In this document: in pieces, positions 1-10,014 of the stretch | Layout: each line of letters opens with the position of its first letter | Numbering within the stretch: the first letter of the stretch is position 1 | Source of the DNA: an uncultured Chloroflexia bacterium | Lineage (GTDB): Bacteria > Chloroflexota > Anaerolineae > JAAYZQ01 | Direction of reading: 5' to 3' | DNA length: 64,000 nucleotides | Assembly (NCBI GenBank): GCA_963700285.1 | Contig: CAVOXA010000014.1 | Coordinates: 288,001 to 352,000, forward strand | Position numbers and translations under genes: made by a program | Notes under the pieces: model-generated | Database searches by the model: none | Seen by the model: only the letters and a program-made list of their open reading frames with translations | Told to the model about the DNA's origin: nothing

Positions 1-2794
1 TAAGCAGCCCGACCAGCGAGCCGAGGGAGAGAACGCCGGTGGTGAGATACGCCGCCAGCAGGCCGCCCACCAGCGCCCAGGGCAGGGTGAAGAAGGTGAG
101 CGTCGCCAGGCGCCAGTTCTCAAAGGAGGTAAGCAGCAGGAAGAAGATGGCGATCACCGCCACGGCCCCGGCGATGAGCAGATTGCGCTGGGCAGCCTGC
201 CGCTCGGCGAACTCGCCAATCACTTCGGCGTGGTACTCCAGGGGGAAGGCAACTCCTTCCAGGGCAGCTTCGACGTCCCTGGCTACGGAGCCCAGATCAC
301 GACCACGCACGTTGGCAGAGACGTCGATTTTTCGTGACTGGCCTTCACGCTCGATGACGTTCGGAACCGGCGCGATGCGGATGTCAGCCACCTCTGCCAG
401 GCGCACGCGGCCACGGGCAGGTGTGTCGATCAGCAGCTCGCGAATATCGGTCAGGCTGTTTCGCGTGTCCGGCTTGCTCCACACATTCACGTCGTAGGTC
501 TTGCCGCCGACGAAAATGTCGCCAACCTCCTCGCCCTGTACCAGGAAGGCGGCTGCCCGGCGGATGTCGCCTGGTTTGAGCCCATAACGCTGGGCTGCCA
601 CCAGGTCGACCTCGACCTCCACCTGGGGAGTGTCCATGTGCAGTTCCTTTTTCAGATCCACGATGCCCTCGATCCCGTCCAGGGCATCCCGTACCTCATC
701 CGCTTTGTCCGTCAGCGCATCCAGATCGGGACCATAGATACGGACGACGACGGTGTCGCTCGATCCCGTCAGCACCTCGCGGATCCTCTCTTTCAGATAG
801 GTCTGCACATCGCGGATCAGGCCGGGGTAACCGTCCACCGTCTCCTGGATCTTGGCCAGCGTCTCGTCATAGTCGACCGCGGGATCCACGCTGACCCAGT
901 TCTCGGTAAAGTAGACCCCGTAGGGTTCATCGGCCATCAGGGCCTGCCCGATGTGGGAGCCGCAGTTGCGCACGCCGTCGATGGTCAGCAGTTCGCGGCA
1001 GGCCTGAGCCGTGATCCGCCACATCTCGGGGTGAGAGGTACCGGGCTTGGTGATCCAGTGCATGAGGAAGTCCCGCTCCTTGAACGACGGAAGCAGCTCC
1101 TGGCCGAGAGCCGGCCACACCAGGGCGCCAGCCAGCATGATGGCGCCGACCAATCCGTAGGCCACGCCCGGCCTCGGCAGAATCCATCCCAGAACCCGGT
1201 CGTAGACACGGTGCAGCCAGGGGATGATCGGCGACTGGCGGTGCTCGATCGACGCATTGGACAGCAGGATCAGGACCATCGCCGGCGTCACCGTCAGCGC
1301 GACCAGCGGGGATACCAGTCCCGCTACCACATAGGCGGTGGCCAGCGGCTGGAAGAACGCGCCGGAAAGCCCCTGCAGGAAAAAGACCGGCAGCAGGGCC
1401 GAGATCTCGATCAGGGAGGCGTAGACGATGGCACCGCGCACTTCTAGGGAGGCATCGAGGACGATCTTTGCTGTCGACTGGGTACTGCCCTCCTGGCGCA
1501 GCCGGCGCAGGCGCCGCACGATGTTCTCTACGTCGACGATGGCGTCGTCGACGACGGCGCCAATGGCGATCGCCAGCCCCGCCAGAGTCATCACATTGAT
1601 GGTCACGCCACGCAGGTTGAGCACCAGCAGGGAGACCATCATCGACACGGGGATGATGGTGGCGCTGATCAAGGCCACACGCCACTCGAAAAGGAACAAA
1701 AAGAGCACGATCACCACCAGGATGCCACCGATGAGCAGGGACTGGGTGAGGTTGTCGATGGACAGTTGGATGAAGGTCGCGGGCCGGAAGATGGTGGTAT
1801 CGATATCGATACCAGTCAGGCCAGGCCGCATCTCCTCGATCGCCTCTTCCACCCCTCGCGTCACATCCAGGGTGTTGGCCCAAGGCAGCTTTTCGACTAT
1901 CAGCATCAGACCAGGACCTTCGTTGATGACGGCGTCGCCGAAGAGTGGCCAGGTACCCCATACCACGTCGCCCATATCGCCGAGGAGCAGCGGTGTGCCA
2001 TCAGATTTAACCCGATCGTAGATGGGCACCTCGGCCAGCTTCTCCGGGGTGATGATCGGCAGGACAGAGCGGATCCCCAGGCGCTGGTCAGGGGTATCGA
2101 TAAAGCCGCCGGTGCCGATGACCGAGCCTTCCGAATAGGTCAACAACCCGACATCCAGGGCATCGGCGGTGACATCCATCACCTCCTTGAGCGTCACGTC
2201 GTAGGCGCGCATCCGTTCCGGATCGACCTGTACCTGTGGCATTTTTATGCGCTCGCCCCAGATGGGCACATTGGCCACCCCAGGCACGTCCAGCAGGCGG
2301 GCCCGGATCTTCCAGTAGGCGATCATCGACAGGTCCATGAGGTCCATCTCGTCCGAAGAGAGCCCGATCTTTAGCACCCGGCTGGTCGACGACAGGGGCT
2401 GGATCAGGACCGGTGGGGCGGCCCACGTGGGCAGAGTGGGGTAGATGGCTGCAATGCGCTCCTGCACCAACTGCCGGGCAAAGATGAGATCCGTACCGGG
2501 CTTGAAGATGAGGACAATGTCCGACAGATCAGGAACGGACCTGGAGCGCATCACGTCCAACCCAGGCACGCCATTGAGCGCATTCTCCAGGGGGACGGTG
2601 ACCAGTTCTTCCACGTCGGTCGCCGAGAGCCCCAGGGATATGGTCTGGATCTCTACCTTGGGCGGCGCGAACTCGGGAAAGACGTCCACCGACGAGCCGC
2701 TCAGGCGGACGAATCCATAGACCATCAGCGCAGCGGCCATAAAAACAACCAGGTATCGGTAACGCAAGCTTGTGGCTACAATCCATCGCAGCAT
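1..2794 (-). CDS. RND efflux permease, CusA/CzcA (HME)-like; 3' end runs off the window
   Basis: Not in the ORF track because there is no stop in the window. Hand translation from the ATG at 2794 (GGAGG RBS upstream): MLRWIVATSLRYRYLVV...VDVFPEFAPPKVEIQT...VEELVTVPLENALNGVPGL...RSRS, and TM4 AIGAVVDDAIVDVENI. Paralogue of 3677..6823. Confidence 0.9.
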   Translation of the reverse strand, partial: MLRWIVATSLRYRYLVVFMAAALMVYGFVRLSGSSVDVFPEFAPPKVEIQTISLGLSATDVEELVTVPLENALNGVPGLDVMRSRSVPDLSDIVLIFKPGTDLIFARQLVQERIAAIYPTLPTWAAPPVLIQPLSSTSRVLKIGLSSDEMDLMDLSMIAYWKIRARLLDVPGVANVPIWGERIKMPQVQVDPERMRAYDVTLKEVMDVTADALDVGLLTYSEGSVIGTGGFIDTPDQRLGIRSVLPIITPEKLAEVPIYDRVKSDGTPLLLGDMGDVVWGTWPLFGDAVINEGPGLMLIVEKLPWANTLDVTRGVEEAIEEMRPGLTGIDIDTTIFRPATFIQLSIDNLTQSLLIGGILVVIVLFLFLFEWRVALISATIIPVSMMVSLLVLNLRGVTINVMTLAGLAIAIGAVVDDAIVDVENIVRRLRRLRQEGSTQSTAKIVLDASLEVRGAIVYASLIEISALLPVFFLQGLSGAFFQPLATAYVVAGLVSPLVALTVTPAMVLILLSNASIEHRQSPIIPWLHRVYDRVLGWILPRPGVAYGLVGAIMLAGALVWPALGQELLPSFKERDFLMHWITKPGTSHPEMWRITAQACRELLTIDGVRNCGSHIGQALMADEPYGVYFTENWVSVDPAVDYDETLAKIQETVDGYPGLIRDVQTYLKERIREVLTGSSDTVVVRIYGPDLDALTDKADEVRDALDGIEGIVDLKKELHMDTPQVEVEVDLVAAQRYGLKPGDIRRAAAFLVQGEEVGDIFVGGKTYDVNVWSKPDTRNSLTDIRELLIDTPARGRVRLAEVADIRIAPVPNVIEREGQSRKIDVSANVRGRDLGSVARDVEAALEGVAFPLEYHAEVIGEFAERQAAQRNLLIAGAVAVIAIFFLLLTSFENWRLATLTFFTLPWALVGGLLAAYLTTGVLSLGSLVGLL

Positions 2795-2815
2795 GATGTG
2801 TACCTCCCGGTGCGG

Positions 2816-3588
2816 CTACTTGGAAACGCCGGTCTCGGTGCCGAACAATTCGGCACCTCCGACCGTCACGACAGCGGTGCCGGCCTGCGGTCCCTCCGAT
2901 AGAAACGCCTGATCCCCCTCGATGTAGTCGATAGCGATGGCCTCCCGGACAAAGACCAGCGGTTCGGGGTTGGTGTAAACCCACGTTTCGCCGTTCACAC
3001 CGTACAGCACAGCCGCGTAGGGCACGACCTTGTACTGCGGCTGCCGGCCCGTCAAGCTAAGCTCGACGAGCACAGCTTGGCCCGCGGTCAGGCCCTGCTC
3101 TGGGCGGGCGATCAGGTAATACAGCTCCTCGACCAGGTCCTCACCCGGCAAGTCCACATCTTCGTCGTCATCGAGCCCCGGACCCTCGTCCGGTTCGGCG
3201 ATCCAGCCCTCGTCACCCTCGTCGTCCCCGTCCAGCGCCCGCACTAGGATGGGTTGGCCCAGATCGACCTGGCTCCAGTCGTTGTGAGCAATGGACACAC
3301 GCGCCCACACTGGGCCCGCTCCGGTAGCCCCGGCTTCCGGCAGGCCCACGACCTCCCCCCCACCGTGCGTGTTCGCACCACTGGCTCTTCGAGAACAGGG
3401 GCTGTCTGGATGTCGAGTCGCTTGGCTGCCTTTTCGGTGATGATCACCCGTTTGAACTCAGATCCCGGGATATCCTCAAGGTAGGCGGGTTCCACTTTGG
3501 ACGGCAAGTCGGCGCCGCCGCATCCGGCCAGCAGTGGAGCAGCACTCAGGATCAGCGCCACAACCACGAACCTGCAAATTCGTTTCAT
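2816..3588 (-). CDS. Lipoprotein, RND membrane-fusion/adaptor-like protein; one frameshift at a G7 run (3355-3361)
   Basis: N-terminus MKRICRFVVVALILSAAPLLAGC carries a lipobox. The other frame gives an MFP-like tail VVPYAAVLYGVNGETWVY...LSEGPQAGTAVVTVGGAEL. One added G joins the frames as VGGEVV. Lies between two RND permeases. Confidence 0.8.
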
Positions 3589-3676
3589 CTGCTTCCTCCC
3601 CTCAGTCCGGGCCCTCACGGGAGTTCATGCTCCTCGTCTTTGGTGAGGGATTGGAGCTACAGCCCAACTGCTGGTC

Positions 3677-6600
3677 CTATGCCTGTGTCTCGCTGGCTGC
3701 TGGGACTTGGACCAGTCCGAGGTCAGGCTCACGGCTGGCCCCGAAGCGCAGGTACAAGGCCGGCACGATGACCAAATTGAACAGGGTGGAGGTGACCAGG
3801 CCGCCCAGAACGACGATGGCCACCGGGCGCACGATCTCGTGGCCCGGGATGGCGCCAAAGAGCACAAAGGGTAGGAGCGCCAGCCCGGTGGCCAGTGCGG
3901 TCATCAAGATCGGCGCCAGCCGTTCCTGTGCTCCACCCAGGACCAGATCCAGGCCAAAGGCCTCCCCCTCCTCTTCCTCAAGGTGCTGGTACCTCCTGAT
4001 CTGCAGGGAGGCATTGCGCACGGTTATGCTCAACACCGTGAGCAGGCCGGCCAGCAGGCCAATGGCCAGCGAGTTGCTGCCTCCCAGGAGGGCGGCCAAT
4101 ACGCCGCCGGCCAGCGCTGCGGGCAGAGCCAGGAGCATGGCCAGGGCCAGGCCCCAGCTCCGGAAAGACGCCTGCAGGAGCAGGAAAATCCCGAGCAGAG
4201 CAATGATCGCCGAAAAAAGGACACGCTGCCGGGTTGCCTGCTGTGCCGCAGCCTCCCCCACCACCACGGCATGGTACTCCCGCGGGAATGAAAAACTCTT
4301 GATGGCCGCTTTGACATCGCCCACCACGGCCTGGGTATCGCGTCCCTGGACGGCAAAGTCAACGTCAAGGTAGGGCGAGACGCCTTCCCGCTCGATGACG
4401 GTTGGCGAGGACGCCATGCGCACGTCGGCCACTTCCTTCAGGCGCACATGACCGCCGCCTGGCGTGTCGAGCAGCAGCTCACCCACATCGGCCTGGCTAT
4501 CGCGTATCTCGGGCACGCCCCAGACGACGACGTCAAAGACCTTCTGTTCTTCGAAAAGACTGCCGACCTGAATGCCGGAGAGCAGAATGGCCGCCGACCG
4601 GCGAACATCGCCCGGTTTGACGCCATAGCGTTGGGCCGAGGCGAGATCCACCTCGATCTCCAGCGTGGCCTCTTCAGGGGCAAACGCTATGCGTGGGTCG
4701 ACGACGCCCTCGATACCGGCCAGGGCCTGCTGCAGCTTTTGGGCCTGGTCGCGAAGGACATCATGGTCCTCGCCAAAGACGCGCACGGTGAAGGCGTCAC
4801 TGGAGCTCTCCTGCGGCTGGCCCTGGATCTGTTCTGAATAGGTTTGCACCTCGCGATCAAGCCCGGTGTAGCTGTCCACCGTCCGCTGGACGGAGGCAAC
4901 TGTCGCATCATAGTCGGCCCTGGGATCGATGCTGACCCACAGCTCGGCGGAATTGATGCCGACGACCTTGTCTCCAAAGACAGCCCGGCCGATGTGCCCG
5001 GCGACATTGTTCACCCCGGGCAGGGCTCGCAGCTCGCCGGAGGCCCGGCTCACGACCTCTTGCATTGCCGGCAGGGACGTACCTGGCTCAGCCTCCAGTT
5101 GGACGGTAAGGTATGGCTCCCGGAACGAGGGCAGCAGTTGATCGCGCCCCAAGAAGGGCAGAGGTATGAGGCAGAGCACTATCAGGACGGCGATGGTCGC
5201 GTATACCAGCCAGGATCGCGGGGCGATCAGCGCCAGGACCTTCTCGTAGCCGCGCCGCAACCAGGGGGCGAGGGGTGATCCGCGGCCCTTGAGCGGCGCC
5301 ATGGACAGGAGGATCAGGCTCAGCGCCGGCGTGACAGTCAGGGCGACCAGCATGGACACCAGTACCGCCAGCGCGTAGGAGACAGCGAGCGGCCCGAGCA
5401 GCGCGCCGGACACGCCCTCCAGGAAAAAGACAGGCGCCACCGTCAGGAGGGTAATCAGTGTGGCAAAAAAGACGGCCCCACGCGTCTCAGAGGCAGCCTC
5501 CAAAATCACAGCCTGGACCGACTGGGGAGTGCCTTCCTGGCGATCCCGGCGCAGCCGCTGCAGGTAGCGATCGACGTCGATGATGGCGTCATCGATGACG
5601 GCGCCGAGGGCAATGGCTAGCCCTACCAGAACCATGGCGTTGAGTGTCGCCCCGCGCAGGTTGAGCACAAACAGGGCGGCCACCAGCGACAGCAGGATGG
5701 CAAAAAAGCTGACAAGGACCGCGCGCCACCCCCAGAAGAAGGCAAAGAATACCACCACCACGAGAAAAGCGCTGATCAGCAGGGTCCGGGTCAGGTTGGA
5801 CATGGCCGTCTCGATGAAGGACGCCGGGCGGAAAAACGTGGCATCGAAATTAATGCCCTCGAAACCGGGGCGCAGCGCATCCAGCGCGGCTTCCAGTCCC
5901 TGGGTCACCTCCAGGGTGTTGGTCCCTGGCAGCTTTTCGATGACCAACAGGAGATTGGAATCGTCGTTTACGATGGCGTCCCCGATCAGCGGCTGGTGAT
6001 CTTCCACGACACTGGCCACATCACCCAGTTGCCAGGCCGTGCCCTGGACAGGTACCTGGGCCAGCTCCTCCGGCGACGAGATGGGCAGGACATGCCAGAC
6101 GCCCAATCTTTGTTGGGGGGTATCGATGAACCCGCCGGTACCCGGCGTCGATGCCTCCAAAAAACTCAGGGATGACACCCACAGGGCATTCCCGGTGGTT
6201 TCCACCACTCGCTGGAGCGTGACCCCCGCTTCCTGCAACTTTTCCGGATCGACCTGTACCTGCAGTTGCCGATCCCGGTTGCCCCAAATGGCCACGTGGG
6301 CCACGCCGGGGACGCCCATGAGGCGGGGCGCGATGGTCCAGCGGGCGAGCACCGACATCTCGATCAGAGATAACTCCTCCGAGGAAAGCCCGACGATCAA
6401 GAACCGGCTGGCCGACGAGAGGGGCTGGATCATCGTCGGTGGTTTTGACACGTGCGGCAACCCGACCGCCGCCTGGGCCAGGCGCTCTGACACCATCTGC
6501 CTTGCTTCAAAGAGGTCGGTGCCAGGCTCAAAGTGGACGAGGACCGAGGACAACCCAGGCACCGACTGGGAGCGGATGACGTCCAGAAACGCCACGCCGG

Positions 6601-6823
6601 CCAGCAGATCCTGCTCCATCGGAACCGTGATCATCTGTTCCACTTCCTCTGCGGAAAGGCCGAGCGCCTCGGTCTGGATCTCCACAAAGGGCGGAGCGAA
6701 CTCGGGCAGAACGTCCACCGGCATGTCGCCCAGCCGCACCAGGCCAAAGACCATGATCACCACGGCAAGGATAACCACCAGATACCGAAACTGCATGCTC
6801 TGTGCGACGATCCCACGTACCAT
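3677..6823 (-). CDS. RND efflux permease, CusA/CzcA-like (~1048 aa)
   Basis: Start placed at MVRGIVAQS with an AGGAGG RBS. Motifs VDVLPEFAPPFVEIQTEALG, GAVIDDAIID, ERLAPILMTALAT and RPVAIVVLGGLVTST; two hydrophobic blocks. Confidence 0.92.
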   Translation of the reverse strand: MVRGIVAQSMQFRYLVVILAVVIMVFGLVRLGDMPVDVLPEFAPPFVEIQTEALGLSAEEVEQMITVPMEQDLLAGVAFLDVIRSQSVPGLSSVLVHFEPGTDLFEARQMVSERLAQAAVGLPHVSKPPTMIQPLSSASRFLIVGLSSEELSLIEMSVLARWTIAPRLMGVPGVAHVAIWGNRDRQLQVQVDPEKLQEAGVTLQRVVETTGNALWVSSLSFLEASTPGTGGFIDTPQQRLGVWHVLPISSPEELAQVPVQGTAWQLGDVASVVEDHQPLIGDAIVNDDSNLLLVIEKLPGTNTLEVTQGLEAALDALRPGFEGINFDATFFRPASFIETAMSNLTRTLLISAFLVVVVFFAFFWGWRAVLVSFFAILLSLVAALFVLNLRGATLNAMVLVGLAIALGAVIDDAIIDVDRYLQRLRRDRQEGTPQSVQAVILEAASETRGAVFFATLITLLTVAPVFFLEGVSGALLGPLAVSYALAVLVSMLVALTVTPALSLILLSMAPLKGRGSPLAPWLRRGYEKVLALIAPRSWLVYATIAVLIVLCLIPLPFLGRDQLLPSFREPYLTVQLEAEPGTSLPAMQEVVSRASGELRALPGVNNVAGHIGRAVFGDKVVGINSAELWVSIDPRADYDATVASVQRTVDSYTGLDREVQTYSEQIQGQPQESSSDAFTVRVFGEDHDVLRDQAQKLQQALAGIEGVVDPRIAFAPEEATLEIEVDLASAQRYGVKPGDVRRSAAILLSGIQVGSLFEEQKVFDVVVWGVPEIRDSQADVGELLLDTPGGGHVRLKEVADVRMASSPTVIEREGVSPYLDVDFAVQGRDTQAVVGDVKAAIKSFSFPREYHAVVVGEAAAQQATRQRVLFSAIIALLGIFLLLQASFRSWGLALAMLLALPAALAGGVLAALLGGSNSLAIGLLAGLLTVLSITVRNASLQIRRYQHLEEEEGEAFGLDLVLGGAQERLAPILMTALATGLALLPFVLFGAIPGHEIVRPVAIVVLGGLVTSTLFNLVIVPALYLRFGASREPDLGLVQVPAASETQA

Positions 6824-7468
6824 AACTGGAAACCTCCTCCTTCGGTCCTGTTCCACCAGCAAAGCTAGTGAGGGGTACCGCCAATCGGTCCCGGGACACG
6901 CTGCCTGCAAAATACAGCGGACGGACCCACCTTGTGTCGCGCCAGCGAATGGGCGATGCGGCTTGCGGGTCGCGTAGAGGCGGAGCCCAGCTGGCGCGAG
7001 CACCGGTGAAAAGACCCATGTCCCAGCAGTTGCTGGCTCAAGCCGCACCTCTGATGTGTGGATACAACCCATCGACAAACCATCCGGCGATTCCGCCACC
7101 GGGGCCTTGGCTTGCCAGCAGATCTGTACTCGGTACTGGGAGGAGCTGCTTTATTGACGATTGCTCCTCATTTGGCTGATTGCAGAATGGCTTTCGATGG
7201 ATGCCAATTCTTCTTTGACAGGAGCCAACGATGACAGTGCTCCATGGACTTTGACGGTAGACATGGCATTTCAACAAACCGTGGATCGCCGGTCAGGGGT
7301 ACCTGATCATCCACAGTCTACTGCTGTGAATCGAGGCTGGCAAAGATTGGGCACACCGTGTCGCCGGCCTTTCCTTCCGGGAACAGACATCAAGTGGGGG
7401 GTTCGTCGCCGAGCCCCTGCAAAGTAGGTAGTCTTGTGTAGCGAAGACTGCTTTCCACGACTGAGATG

Positions 7469-7497
7469 ATTATAACACAGGAAAGACGAAATGTCAA
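7469..7497 (-). promoter_or_regulatory. Consensus sigma70 promoter facing the RND locus
   Basis: Minus strand reads TTGACA-N17-TATAAT with an extended -10 TG. Confidence 0.8.
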
Positions 7498-7930
7498 GTT
7501 GGGCTGAGCGACGCTCAGCAATTCTAAATATGGAAAACGTCAAGTTGGTACTTCAGCCCTTGGGTGCGTCAGGGCCAGCCTTATCGTCAAGTTGATGGCT
7601 CTGAGATGCCACGGCGTCGGGCAGACCTGCTGTCGGAGCAGTCGCCACGGCCATGTTTGGCAGCGAAAGCAGGGTGAATCGCGCACAGTAGCACCCGAAT
7701 GCCCGTCCAGAAGCTGCCGGCTAGCCCCGGATTTGACGATAACTTGAAGCTGAAGCCGGGATCGATAACCAACGCTGGAGCGGCAAAGTCATATTTAGAA
7801 TTGCTGGAGCGACGCTCCCAGCTCTGGACTGATTGCCGCCACAGTTGGGCGGTTGAGTGGTGCAGACTGCGGCCCGTTGCCGCAATCTGGACCACAATCT
7901 GGTTAAAGTACAGGGTAGGATCTACCGGGG

Positions 7931-9838
7931 CTAGGGTGACTCTGGCGCTGCCTCTAGCTGCTGCGGTACGGTGCCTGTCGGCACAGCCAGTTCGGTACCG
8001 AGCCTATCCGTCCAGTTCATCCCCTGCTCCGGATACAGGTTCGGGTCGTTGTCGGCCCACGGGGCGCGATCCAGGCGCAGGTCCTCAAAGCCTGACCGCT
8101 TGGCCACCAGCCGGTAGGAGAACTCGACATTGGCGTCGCCATCTCGCAACCGTACCTCGAACTGCTCCGGCGTCCGCCCGCTGACATAGACCTCTGCATC
8201 GCCATAGACCTGGACAAAGACGTGGTACGGTTGCTCCAGGTTCACCGTCTGGGCAAAGATAGGTTCGATGGTGATCACTGCGGCGCCATCCTGCAGCTGG
8301 CCGAAACCATAGTCGGCGAACCAGACCTCGGCTGACTCCTCGGCATACAGTTCCCGGCTGCCGTCATCGGTGCGCACGACAGCCGGCTTGGGAGCTCCCA
8401 CAATTGTGAGACCCGCTTTGCCAGCAGGGACCGAGATGTAGACGCCGTTGCCAGTACTGGTAACAAACTTGCCCGCCCAACCGCCCGTGGAATCGGTCTG
8501 GCCATAGACGCCGGCGTTGTCGCCGGTGGGGTGATTGGCATAGCCGAACAGGCCCCGGCCCGTTCCCGAGCCGCTGGCGCCCCAAACGCCAATGGTCGTC
8601 TTGGTGGGATGGCTGTTGTCCGCCAGGCCGATGAGGCCCCGGCCGTCTTCCGACGCGGCGTGGCCAAAGAGACCGGTCGTGAAGCCGGTTGGGTTCCCGG
8701 CATAACCATAGATGCCGATGCCAACGTTGGAGTCTGTCTGGCCATAGACGCCTCTGGGGACTGGACCACCAGCAGTACCGCCAGTGTTGCTGGCCCAGCC
8801 AAAGACACCTTGACCTTCGACGGAGCTTGTGACGCCCCAAACGCCGATACCCGGGCCGGTGGCAGCGTCGGCGACGCCGACGACGCCACGGCCATCAGGC
8901 GACTTGACGTGGCCGTAGAGGGCGTTGGTAAAGCCCGTGGAGGAGCTAGCATAGCCATACACGCCGGTACCACTGCTGCCGCTCGTCTCTCCCCGGAGGC
9001 CTGTGCCATCAGAGGACGTGGCGGTCAAGCCTGTCCCCGTCCCGGTCCAGGTCTCGCCCCAGTGGTCGTGGCCGACGATGGGCGAGCCGTTCAGCGTACC
9101 GCTCAACGTTGCATCCACAAACTGGGCATCGTATGTTATGGGTACGGTCTCAATCCGTTCCGTGCCATCCTCCCCCTCGACGCCCTGGATGGCTCCCTGG
9201 CTTACGAGGCGCAGATTGTCGCCTCCGTCGGAGAAGCCAAAGTAGGCGCTGCCGTCAGCCCGGCGCACGTTGTTCAGGTCGTAGGCCCACACCCCACTCC
9301 CATCGGTCTCGGTTGTCACCCACTGCGAGGTGCCAGCGTCACCGCTGGCATCGTTGTCCTGCAATTGCAGGTAGACCAGGGCACCGGCCACCGGCGTGGT
9401 TCCGTCCGACTGCTTCACATAGCCCCACACGATCTTGCCCGGCAAGGGTGGACTCAAACTGGCACCCGTGGTGATCTGGTAATAGTCGCCGCCATTGTTG
9501 TCCGTCGTCGCCCCAGAACGCACCTGGAAGTAGTAATTGGTAGTGGCCGACAATCCGCTGACCACCACCCGGTGCATGGTGGTACTGGTGTCCGGATCCG
9601 ACGCGGTGTTGCCCAGGGCTGTGCTCGTGCCCCAATCCACGTGGCCGTCCGTGGCTGTGTCGGTAACCCACGTCACCGTGAACTGAGCGGCCCCCACATC
9701 CGTGACGTAGACCTGGTACATGGTTGATTGGGCATAGATGGCAACAGGTAGAATGGCCACCAGGAGCAAGGATACCAAGAGTGCCGTAGCAGGCAGACGT
9801 AGGCCACGCTGCCCAACAGGGTTCAACATACGTTTCAT
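7931..9838 (-). CDS. Secreted protein: FN3-like and beta-sandwich N-module, Gly-rich G-V-(Y/W/F)-G repeats, phage-tail-fibre-like C-terminal domain
   Basis: Signal peptide ending VAIYA/Q; a dozen or so GV(Y/W/F)Gx(A/T/S)-type repeats; tail ESAEVWFADYG...FAQTV...YHVF...F.YRLVAKRSGFEDLRL; GGAGG RBS. Confidence 0.75.
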   Translation of the reverse strand: MKRMLNPVGQRGLRLPATALLVSLLLVAILPVAIYAQSTMYQVYVTDVGAAQFTVTWVTDTATDGHVDWGTSTALGNTASDPDTSTTMHRVVVSGLSATTNYYFQVRSGATTDNNGGDYYQITTGASLSPPLPGKIVWGYVKQSDGTTPVAGALVYLQLQDNDASGDAGTSQWVTTETDGSGVWAYDLNNVRRADGSAYFGFSDGGDNLRLVSQGAIQGVEGEDGTERIETVPITYDAQFVDATLSGTLNGSPIVGHDHWGETWTGTGTGLTATSSDGTGLRGETSGSSGTGVYGYASSSTGFTNALYGHVKSPDGRGVVGVADAATGPGIGVWGVTSSVEGQGVFGWASNTGGTAGGPVPRGVYGQTDSNVGIGIYGYAGNPTGFTTGLFGHAASEDGRGLIGLADNSHPTKTTIGVWGASGSGTGRGLFGYANHPTGDNAGVYGQTDSTGGWAGKFVTSTGNGVYISVPAGKAGLTIVGAPKPAVVRTDDGSRELYAEESAEVWFADYGFGQLQDGAAVITIEPIFAQTVNLEQPYHVFVQVYGDAEVYVSGRTPEQFEVRLRDGDANVEFSYRLVAKRSGFEDLRLDRAPWADNDPNLYPEQGMNWTDRLGTELAVPTGTVPQQLEAAPESP

Positions 9839-9937
9839 CGTTCACCTCCGTCAGTACATGATATGTAAGCGATTGTACCAAAAGTGCCGGCACTGTCGTG
9901 TTCGATCCCTCACCTCCTCCCACACAAAACTGGGTAA

Positions 9938-10007
9938 CAGACCTGACAGGGTGGATGCTACGCATCGACCGGGTGCTGCGTATCCACTGGAAAACCCGTC
10001 AGGTCTG
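9938..10007. repeat. REP-like palindromic element / hairpin between co-oriented genes
   Basis: Arms CAGACCTGACAGG (9938-9950) and CCCGTCAGGTCTG (9995-10007), with an inner stem GTGGAT/ATCCAC. Confidence 0.7.
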
Positions 10008-10014
10008 CAATAGA

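Noticed and set aside
6824-7099. 92-aa N-terminal extension of the RND permease in the ORF track; similar extensions on the giant, GH63, kinase and DksA ORFs
   Set aside because: Family-typical N-termini and better RBS sites lie at downstream start codons.
7672-7730. c-di-AMP (ydaO) riboswitch-like fragments GGGTGAATC...GTAG...CCCGAA
   Set aside because: The CCGTCAGCTAAC core and the 5' elements are missing, and there is no downstream gene on that strand.
7931-9838. Prophage remnant
   Set aside because: The protein has a Sec signal peptide, and no terminase, capsid, integrase or other phage genes are nearby.
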